Assembly: GCA_000165345.1 (NCBI GenBank)
Contig: CM000429.1
Span: forward strand, 224,001 to 288,000
Direction: 5' to 3'
DNA: 64,000 nucleotides
Positions 56,646-64,000 of the stretch are shown here, in pieces. Position numbers and translations under genes: made by a program. Positions within the stretch are counted from its first letter, which is position 1; each line of letters begins with the position of its first letter. Below the pieces are notes generated by a model. The model was not told the DNA's origin and did no database searches. It saw only the letters and a list, made by a program, of their open reading frames with translations.

Positions 56646-57359
56646 ATGATCGAAAATCAGCTATCCTGCAGTTCTGCAGGCAAAATGAAAGAAATTATAA
56701 AGATACAAGAACAACTCAGGGATGAAGTTTTGGAATGCATACAAAGTCGAAAAAGTAAGATGGCTGAATTACAAAGTGAAACTGAGGAACTTGGAAACCA
56801 AATGATACAAGAAGTAACAATGAAGGTTTTACATCGAATTGAGCTTATTATGAATACTTTAGAAAGTATTCTTTGTAGATGTGAGAAAGTTGAAGCCAAG
56901 TTTATTAGTTATAAGAGAGATTCAAATTCAAAAAGTCAACAAGTTGGAGAACTTGCAGAAAGATTTGAATCTGTCAAGCATGAACTTAAACATTACTTTG
57001 TTATAATTGAAAGAATAGCAGGAATTTTCTCAGAAACTAATCATCTCAATAATCAGATGATTAAAACAATCAATGATAAACTTTCTAGACTGTCATGCAA
57101 TAATTCGCATATTCCAATTCAAGAACAAATACAAAAATTCCACGAAAATTTTGAAAATAATTCAAAACTTAATGTTTTTAACCCTAATAATCAATTCAGT
57201 AATTTTGTTCTTCAAGAATTCAAAAGCATTCAGAACGCTATAAATTCCACTTCAAAACTCAGACAAGAAGCTGATGACAGCATTGCCAATGCAATGAAGG
57301 AATTTACTGATACACTCCAAAACGGACTTAAAATCGCTGTTAGTCACTCAAAATACTAA
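56646..57359 (+). CDS. Hypothetical coiled-coil protein
   Basis: 237-aa ORF with heptad-rich Q/E/L composition. No TM segment. No domain recognised. Confidence 0.45.
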   Translation: MIENQLSCSSAGKMKEIIKIQEQLRDEVLECIQSRKSKMAELQSETEELGNQMIQEVTMKVLHRIELIMNTLESILCRCEKVEAKFISYKRDSNSKSQQVGELAERFESVKHELKHYFVIIERIAGIFSETNHLNNQMIKTINDKLSRLSCNNSHIPIQEQIQKFHENFENNSKLNVFNPNNQFSNFVLQEFKSIQNAINSTSKLRQEADDSIANAMKEFTDTLQNGLKIAVSHSKY

Positions 57360-57491
57360 TTATGTTGAACCTAATTATATTTTTATTAACATTCCGCCGC
57401 AAACCAAATGTACTATTTTCTTATTTAATTTTTTGCATGTAGCTACCGCTAAAACTTTCTTCCTACTAAATTTGTTCCACATTCTCACAAG

Positions 57492-57533
57492 TTTTGGCGG
57501 CACATTCCTTATGGAATTCGGTATTTTGGCGGT
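57492..57533. promoter_or_regulatory. Two direct TTTTGGCGG(C/T)A E2F-like sites (57492..57502 and 57523..57533) upstream of the ACBP gene. A G10 homopolymer follows at 57574..57583.
   Basis: Direct read. Confidence 0.45.
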
Positions 57534-57744
57534 AAGAGCCTAGTTATTTGAGCAGATTACTCCGGACGATAGAGGGGGGGGGGTTGGGAACCAGAGAAAA
57601 ACAAATCTCTCCCCCACCTTTGTATAGTTTCTTTGCTTTCTCGAGTGGAGTTTATCTGAGTTTTTTACTTTCTTTTAGAAAGCATTTTATTTAGTAATAT
57701 ATTTATTGGGTAACCAAATCAATTGAGAGTCTCTGTTTTCAAGA

Positions 57745-58551
57745 ATGACTGATATCTTATCCACGAACAAAAAGTTTGCCTCAGCTGCTGATTACTGTGC
57801 AAATAATGTGTCTTCATTTAGCAATGAGGAGCTTTTGGATTTATATGGATTCTATAAACAGGCAACTGTGGGCGATGCACCAGAAAAATCTGGCTCATTT
57901 TTTTCTGCATTTAGCATGAAAGACCAAGCTAAATCAAAGTCTTGGGCTTCAAGAAAAGGAATGAATCCAGAGGATGCCGCCAATGAATATATTAAACTTA
58001 TAGAGAAGAAAAATCCTCAATGGGAGGAAACTATTGGTAAGAATTCGTGTATGTCACTTTCCAATTCAACTTCTCGTCCTTTATTAGAATCAAACCTGGA
58101 TGAAGAGAAACTTGAAGTAGAATTGAAAGGTGTATTGGATCAGGTTCTGCTTGATCCAAACTTTTCCGAAAAGAATTGCTCACTTTCTGTTTTTGATGCA
58201 TTTTGCTCGCAGGTAAATAAAAATGAGGTTGAATTTTTAAAGAAAATTCTTGAAAGATATCCATTTTTGTCTAATTCCCGAAGTTCAGAAGGATCTTATG
58301 CTCTTCATCTAGCATGCGACAAAGGTTATAGTGAAATTGCTCTGCTACTTTTAAAGAATGGAGCAAATCCAAATGTTAAAGATAACTTTGGGGACTCCCC
58401 TCTTCATGTTTCTGTAATTTCTGAGCAGGAAAGCTGCGTTAAAGTTCTTCTCAAGCATGGAGCTGACCTAAAATTAACAAATGATGATGGTTTGACTCCT
58501 ATCCAACTGTCAGAAAATGATCAACTCAAAAGAATTCTCGAAAGCAGTTAA
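57745..58551 (+). CDS. ACBP: Acyl-CoA-binding protein fused to ankyrin repeats (ACBD6-like)
   Basis: The N-terminal ACBP domain is ELLDLYGFYKQATVGDAPEK...KSWASRKGMNPEDAANEYIKLIEKK. Two or more ankyrin repeats follow (GSYALHLACDKGYSEIALLLLKNGANPNVKD, GDSPLHVSV...LLKHGADLKLTNDDGLTPI). 268 aa. Confidence 0.85.
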   Translation: MTDILSTNKKFASAADYCANNVSSFSNEELLDLYGFYKQATVGDAPEKSGSFFSAFSMKDQAKSKSWASRKGMNPEDAANEYIKLIEKKNPQWEETIGKNSCMSLSNSTSRPLLESNLDEEKLEVELKGVLDQVLLDPNFSEKNCSLSVFDAFCSQVNKNEVEFLKKILERYPFLSNSRSSEGSYALHLACDKGYSEIALLLLKNGANPNVKDNFGDSPLHVSVISEQESCVKVLLKHGADLKLTNDDGLTPIQLSENDQLKRILESS

Positions 58552-58860
58552 ATCCTCAACTCTGAATGAAAATATAGAGGAAAGACTTGGGATAATTAGA
58601 ACTTTATGCGTATAGCTCATGCTAAATAGAAAATCAAGGTAGGAATGGAAGCTAGAGGACGTTTGATTCACTTATGGCTTGAAGGTCCTTACTTTGACTA
58701 CATTAACTCCTCCTATCATAAGTATAATAAATTGTGTTTCTTAAGTTGCTATTTCTTATTTTTTTATTCCAACTATTTTTTCCAAATCAACATTATTTCT
58801 GTCTGTTCATTTGGAAAATCATCTTTTTGAGCTAGAACTGAATTGCTACCTCACGTATCC

Positions 58861-59313
58861 TTAACGACCACAGAAAACTATACAACATTCACCGCATCTG
58901 CATCCTCCAGTTGGATTCTTCTGAATTGGCCCCTGGTTATGTGAACATGATTGATTATGCTCGCATTTATCTAAAACTTCGGGCTTCTGAGACTGTATTG
59001 GCGCAGTGCCCGCCTTTTGTCCGCATGCAGAACATTCAAAGCATGTGTTTCTATTCTGCAAAGCTGGCATTCTATTTACTCTGGGGATACAAATTCTGCA
59101 TATGTATCTATGAACGACAGGCCTTCTATTTGTACACATAAGCTGTTGAGAACATCCTCTTCTTAGATCAAAGCAACAGCAAGAGCATCTTCTATTATTT
59201 GCTGGGTAACTTTCAAAGCAAAAAAAATTGTTATTACACATTTTTAAAAATAAAATATTACCAGTAATTTTCAACCTTTCTAAAAATATGAATTCAATAA
59301 AAGAGAGTGCCAA
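58861..59313 (-). CDS. Hypothetical Cys-rich (zinc-finger-like) small protein. The gene model is uncertain.
   Basis: 150-aa ORF with about 25 Cys in CxxC or CxC spacing (CSCCC, CRICIP, CFECSAC, CRCGECC). The ORF may be spliced or have a different start. Confidence 0.35.
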   Translation of the reverse strand: MALSFIEFIFLERLKITGNILFLKMCNNNFFCFESYPANNRRCSCCCFDLRRGCSQQLMCTNRRPVVHRYICRICIPRVNRMPALQNRNTCFECSACGQKAGTAPIQSQKPEVLDKCEHNQSCSHNQGPIQKNPTGGCRCGECCIVFCGR

Positions 59314-59574
59314 TAGGGACAGAGATATGATAATTTACTATTTTATTTTTTTGTAAAAAAGTCAAAATTGAATGGTATCTCCTTATTCTGGACGTCTGGA
59401 ACATTTCCATTTTTAATCTTTTCAACCCTCACCATAGGGCATTCTTTTTTCTTTTTTTCATGATTCTATTTAAATTTAATTTATGTAAATACATGCATTA
59501 ATCTATTTTTTTTTTTATTACCTGTGCTTATGCAATACAATCGCCAAATTTTTTTATGTGGACGTCCACAATAA

Positions 59575-59598
59575 TGCATGCATGCATGCATGCATGCA
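59575..59598. repeat. (GCAT)6 tandem array TGCATGCATGCATGCATGCATGCA in a divergent promoter
   Basis: Direct read, 87 bp upstream of the ATG at 59685. Confidence 0.9.
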
Positions 59599-59684
59599 AA
59601 AAAGGTGCAAAAAAAAATTTAGGAATAAAATTAGGCAATATAAATAATAAATTTGAATTTGAATGATAGTAATGAGAAAATTAA

Positions 59685-60578
59685 ATGAGGATTACTTTTT
59701 TGGCTTTTTTAGTTGTGATTTTTTTCTTTTTAGTAAAAACGTCAAAAGGAGAAGAAAATGAGAAATTGATGAAAACAAGTAGACGGTTTTTGGTTCAAAT
59801 ATGCAAGAGCTTACAGATAAGTAAAAATCCAGAAGATTTAGTAAACTGTTATAAATCCTCAATATACTTTTGTGAATATCTTTGGGTTATAGCATACATA
59901 ATAGAGGAAAAGAAATCTTTTAAGACCCAAATGATTTTGCCTAAAGGAGTAATTGACGATAAAAATTGCATGGAGATTAATTTTCAACAATGTATTACAA
60001 TAGCTAATTTTTTAATTAATGAAAGTTCTATTTCCGTGGAATATAATGCAATTAATAGTATGGTTAGTCCAGTCATTGAAGAATGCAATTTTGAAAATAC
60101 CAATTTATTATTAAGCTTAAATGCATTATGGTTGAAAAATTCGAATAAGATTTCAGATCTTACTCAAGGCGTTATAATAGGGAGGGGATACCAAGAACTG
60201 GTACAGTTTACTAATCCTTTTCTTGATTTATCAACAATAATTTGTCAAGATGTAAAAATGTATTTATTTACTGAAAAGTATAAAATGAAACTTAAAGCAG
60301 TCATGAAGGATCTTATACAATACAAGAACCTATCCTTAACCATTCCAGATCCTGTTTATGTTAGATTACCACTTAAATACGATGAAGAATTAGATTTAAA
60401 TTGGCTCTACTGCCAAGATCTGCCAAAATATTTAAATAAATTGGATGAAGTGTCTGATCAAATTAAGCTAGATTTACGTGGTAAAAGTTTAATAATTAAC
60501 AAGGATATTATTACAAAATGTACACTAAAGAATAATAATAAAGTAATGAAGATAATTACGTGGAAAATTATCAACTAA
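59685..60578 (+). CDS. Hypothetical secreted protein (N-terminal signal peptide)
   Basis: MRITFLAFLVVIFFFLVKTSKG is followed by a hydrophilic mature region with several Cys. No family recognised. Confidence 0.5.
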   Translation: MRITFLAFLVVIFFFLVKTSKGEENEKLMKTSRRFLVQICKSLQISKNPEDLVNCYKSSIYFCEYLWVIAYIIEEKKSFKTQMILPKGVIDDKNCMEINFQQCITIANFLINESSISVEYNAINSMVSPVIEECNFENTNLLLSLNALWLKNSNKISDLTQGVIIGRGYQELVQFTNPFLDLSTIICQDVKMYLFTEKYKMKLKAVMKDLIQYKNLSLTIPDPVYVRLPLKYDEELDLNWLYCQDLPKYLNKLDEVSDQIKLDLRGKSLIINKDIITKCTLKNNNKVMKIITWKIIN

Positions 60579-60737
60579 ATTTTGGATTTAAATCTAGAAA
60601 ATATATAAACTTTGAATTAAATGAATGAACAAAATACTGGACTCTGCTGAATAAAAATCATTTAGTAGCAAAATAAAGCATTCAAATATTTTTTCATATA
60701 CTGGATATATCATGTTCTCTCTTGTTTTCGAATCCAA

Positions 60738-61877
60738 TTACTGTAACTGAGAAAGTTTCTTCATTAATAGACCTTTTTTCGATGCATGCCTTAAAAGAGT
60801 AAGAACAAAAGGAAGAAAATCATGCCTTCTTCTCTCGTTCTCTTTCTTCCATATTTCACGATTATACTTTTCGTTCTGAATTATCGAGAGATTTTCAGAT
60901 ATTTCATGGGTGATCTTAGTAATTTCTTTTTGAATTAAAGCGATATCATTTGGAATGGAAGATAATATAGAATCAAGCTCATCAGATTCAATTTCTTCTT
61001 CAGAAAGACTTTCCAAATCAGTACTTAAGTCCCCTCCCAAACTTAGAAGCTTTGCAATATGAGCTTGCCTGGAAATTTTGAGATATTTGACTTTTTTTTC
61101 GGTAACAGAAATTTTATCTGGAACAACGGCTAATAAACTGAATCTTATTTCACCATGAGATGAATCCTCATTTTGTAGCTCAATCCTTCTTTTAACTTCC
61201 TCCATTACTCTTGATACCCAAAGATTTGGTTTATCATATAATGCTGATATTTCATTATCTAATGAGAAATTCTCAGAATCATTAACTTTAGGACTTCCTA
61301 AATCTACAACTCCAGTAGTAAGTCCATCAAGCTCATAAACATTTTTTCCAAATGGAATATAACAAATATAATGAAATGCATCTCCCTTGGAGTCATTTGA
61401 GTCTGGATCAGAAACTTCCAAAGAAGAGATTGGCCTAAAAGAATTGTGTGCGGTTCTCAATACTTCACTATTACCAATTACAAGTCCTTTTGTCATTGGA
61501 TCAAAGCTACTTGAAAACTTTTTAAATTCTTCAAGATGGGATCCAATATCAATATCTAATCTATTCAAGATAATTGAAAGTATCGCCTGAGTTGCACATG
61601 CATTGTTTATTACCTGGTTTGCATAAAACATTCCTGGAGGAGCCTCAATTGGCTGTGAAAAGTGATTTCCCTTGAACTTTTCTGTAAATTTAAAGAGGAA
61701 AATTATTCCATAAATATTCCCATATTCATTAGCTATGAATTCCATCCCACTCTCACTATAGTCATATATTTCAGCAAATTGTATTCCCTTAACTCCATAT
61801 CTCTCCACTAACTCTGTAAAAACTCCTGGGTCGCTTTCTATTGTACACCAATCCCCTGACATGATTTCAAATATCAA
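60738..61877 (-). CDS. UCHL5: Ubiquitin C-terminal hydrolase, UCH37/UCHL5-type (peptidase C12) with C-terminal coiled-coil extension
   Basis: WCTIESDPGVFTELV...QVINNACATQAILSIILN (catalytic Cys). The His region is DAFHYICYIPFG. The C-terminal tail is about 130 aa. Confidence 0.85.
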   Translation of the reverse strand: MIFEIMSGDWCTIESDPGVFTELVERYGVKGIQFAEIYDYSESGMEFIANEYGNIYGIIFLFKFTEKFKGNHFSQPIEAPPGMFYANQVINNACATQAILSIILNRLDIDIGSHLEEFKKFSSSFDPMTKGLVIGNSEVLRTAHNSFRPISSLEVSDPDSNDSKGDAFHYICYIPFGKNVYELDGLTTGVVDLGSPKVNDSENFSLDNEISALYDKPNLWVSRVMEEVKRRIELQNEDSSHGEIRFSLLAVVPDKISVTEKKVKYLKISRQAHIAKLLSLGGDLSTDLESLSEEEIESDELDSILSSIPNDIALIQKEITKITHEISENLSIIQNEKYNREIWKKENERRRHDFLPFVLTLLRHASKKGLLMKKLSQLQ

Positions 61878-62015
61878 ATTAACCAGTTTATTTGCATATA
61901 AATATATATGTATGTATATATATTTATATTTATATTAACTTGCCTTCTTCTCAATGGTGGCAAATATTATTTTTTCTTTCTTTCTCGCCAAATTCCTCAC
62001 TTATGGGGGAATTTT

Positions 62016-62045
62016 AACTATTTCCATTTGGCGCCACATTTCGAA
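62016..62045. promoter_or_regulatory. TTTGGCGCC (62016..62024) plus TTGCATGCAG (62036..62045) in the 190-bp interval upstream of UCH37
   Basis: Direct read. It lies between the Rad54-like stop (62071) and the UCH37 start (61877), both on the minus strand. Confidence 0.45.
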
Positions 62046-62070
62046 ATTGCATGCAGAAAAAAGGATAAAA

Positions 62071-64000
62071 TTACTCCATACCACTATCTGAGGATGAGTA
62101 ATATTCCATTTCTTCATCCATATCAAATTCACTAGCATAATCATCCTCAGAACCATTTGAATCCTTAATTCTTTTTGCATCTGGTGAAACATGACCGCCA
62201 AATATATTTATTACAGGATTAACAGGACTGATTGAATTATCTGTACGGGTATCATCTATATTGCAAATAGTATTATCTTTGTTATAGTTTTCTTTGTCAA
62301 CTTCCATTGGCTTTTCCCCATTAGACTCTTTGGTTTGCTCATCTTCCTGGTCTTGAAGTTCGATTCTACAGGCCATTACAAATGAAACTGGTTGAAAATC
62401 AGAAGGTAACTCTAAGGGATGAGGTTTCTCGCCTTCCATATCAACAGCCATCTTGTTTGTTTCATTTGAACATTCATTTAGAGTTAGTGATAAGATTTCA
62501 TCGGGTATTTCAGAAAAAGAGTGATAATGCCCCCATGTATTGAGATCATCTTCTAAACCTGTAGTTTGTGGAACCATATCAAGAGGCTGACCATTGGAAT
62601 CATGGCACCGGTTGCATTGTATCATATCATGAGTATCTGAAATGGTATCTTCTTTTAGAGTAAATAAATCTCGAACAAGATCAGCTGAAATTGAATCTTT
62701 AAGTTCATTATTGCCTCCGGAAGTTACAAGCATAGCACTCAGGCCGTCTTTACAAAGTTGTCTTTGGTATATCTTTTCCTCAATTGTTCCTGTAGAAAAT
62801 AGTCTATAAATGTAGCAGTTCTTTTTCTGGCCATCTCTCCAAACCCTTGCTAATGCTTGTTTGTCATTTGCAGGGTTCCAGTCTGGGTCAAACATGACAA
62901 GCCGATTTGCTCCAATTAAGTTGATCCCACATCCTCCTGCTTTGGAAGAAAGTAAAAATGCAAAGCTATTGGAATTCGGATCGTTGAATGTTTTAACTAA
63001 GTTATGCCTTCTTGTAATACTTGTCGAGCCATCCAATCTTACGCATGGTACTTGGAGATCTCTGCAAAGACACTCGAATACATCCAATGTCTGGGTATAG
63101 TTACTTACTAGTACAACTCTGTCTTTTGTATTACTTCTAATATGAAAAAGTAATCTGGAAAGAAGATATAACTTTCCACTTAAATTTGGTTTAGAGCTGA
63201 ATCCTGTTCTGTTGCTATTCCTTATAGAGCTTCCAATTGTAACTCTTTTCTTATATTCTCCACCAGATTCGCCTGAAACACTTCTCCCATGAATCATTTC
63301 CAAGTACTTTTCAGATCCCTCAAAGCCCTTTCCATATCCTCCCGAAGTCTTTGGTCTAATCAAAGTAGGATGATTACAAAGCTTCATTAGCGATTGGATT
63401 GAAGAAAGAACCTGTCCTGTCAAGCCAGTAGGATTTCCCGTAGAATCAGAGTCTAATAACTTTTTGCATGCCGAAGAACGTAGAAATCTTCTGTAGAGAT
63501 AATTTTGTATTGGAGTCAAGTTACAAAAAATATTTAGAATTATTTTTGGTGGTAACACTTTTGCCAACAATGTATTTGCACGCCTTAATATAAAATGATT
63601 TGTAATATTCGAAAGCTCTTGTAATCTCTGAGTGGCAAGCTCCTGTTGATATTCCGAGGCATCTGGCTCTCTTCCTTCCAATATTGGATTGGCATAAATC
63701 TTTTTAAATTGAGAAACATCCCCTAATACTTGAGGATTAGCCAACGAAACCAATGAGTAAAATTCGACCAAATCATTTTGAATAGGAGTACCACTCAATA
63801 AAAGCCTTTTCTTTGCTGGGAGATTATTGATTGCCATTGCTGTCTTAGTTTTGTCATTTTTTAGCCTGTGAGCTTCATCACATATTACTAAGTCTATCGG
63901 AACTCCATCAAGTTGCTCTACATGCATCCTAAAAGTTTCATATGATGCAATCAAAATTCTTGACATCGTGTCATATTTGAATCCTGCAAACGCGGAAACT
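62071..64000 (-). CDS. SNF2-family DNA-dependent ATPase, Rad54-like. This is the C-terminal part; the N-terminus lies beyond the window end.
   Basis: DEAH box ([12 protein letters not shown]). [12 protein letters not shown]. Helicase-C motifs ([53 protein letters not shown]). The reading frame stays open upstream of the first Met to position 64000. Confidence 0.8.
   Translation of the reverse strand, partial: VSAFAGFKYDTMSRILIASYETFRMHVEQLDGVPIDLVICDEAHRLKNDKTKTAMAINNLPAKKRLLLSGTPIQNDLVEFYSLVSLANPQVLGDVSQFKKIYANPILEGREPDASEYQQELATQRLQELSNITNHFILRRANTLLAKVLPPKIILNIFCNLTPIQNYLYRRFLRSSACKKLLDSDSTGNPTGLTGQVLSSIQSLMKLCNHPTLIRPKTSGGYGKGFEGSEKYLEMIHGRSVSGESGGEYKKRVTIGSSIRNSNRTGFSSKPNLSGKLYLLSRLLFHIRSNTKDRVVLVSNYTQTLDVFECLCRDLQVPCVRLDGSTSITRRHNLVKTFNDPNSNSFAFLLSSKAGGCGINLIGANRLVMFDPDWNPANDKQALARVWRDGQKKNCYIYRLFSTGTIEEKIYQRQLCKDGLSAMLVTSGGNNELKDSISADLVRDLFTLKEDTISDTHDMIQCNRCHDSNGQPLDMVPQTTGLEDDLNTWGHYHSFSEIPDEILSLTLNECSNETNKMAVDMEGEKPHPLELPSDFQPVSFVMACRIELQDQEDEQTKESNGEKPMEVDKENYNKDNTICNIDDTRTDNSISPVNPVINIFGGHVSPDAKRIKDSNGSEDDYASEFDMDEEMEYYSSSDSGME

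Overview
Eukaryotic nuclear DNA, not prokaryotic. It is AT-rich and gene-dense on both strands. Introns are rare and very short (about 55-140 nt, GTAAGT/GTGAGT...AG). Many ORFs carry Asn/Ser/acidic low-complexity tracts. Nearly every intergenic region holds E2F-like sites (GGCGGGAA or TTTGGCGCC) and AP2-like palindromic sites (TGCATGCA). Together with the gene content (fused beta-alpha NAD(P) transhydrogenase, ACBP-ankyrin fusion, PERK-like eIF2alpha kinase), this points to an apicomplexan, most consistent with Cryptosporidium; this is inferred from the sequence alone. I can support about 35 protein-coding genes and one tRNA-Lys(UUU). The protein genes are UBL5 (partial, spliced), an ER-type cyclophilin, eIF4A, a PERK-like kinase, an A20/AN1 zinc-finger protein, an actin-related protein, ANP32, a membrane protein with signal peptide and C-terminal anchor, two divergently oriented RING-finger paralogs, ABCE1, a fused NAD(P) transhydrogenase, a Yop1/REEP protein, a CBP80-like protein, an RBM42-like RRM protein, a spliced alpha/beta hydrolase, a membrane-anchored CocE/NonD (S15) hydrolase, phosphatidylserine synthase, a tepsin-like tENTH protein, an ACBP-ankyrin protein (ACBD6-like), UCH37, a partial Rad54-like SNF2 ATPase, and several hypothetical proteins. 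There are no CRISPR arrays, mobile elements or operon-like defence systems. The points most worth a second look are the head-to-head RING paralog pair flanking a 2.2-kb gene-free gap, the bacterial-type CocE/NonD hydrolase fused to a multi-pass membrane region, promoter-type motif clusters in convergent 3' regions (candidate ncRNA promoters), tandem (GCAT)n arrays, coding poly-Ser/poly-Asn microsatellites, and two or three gene models that the ORF track splits or misses because of short introns.
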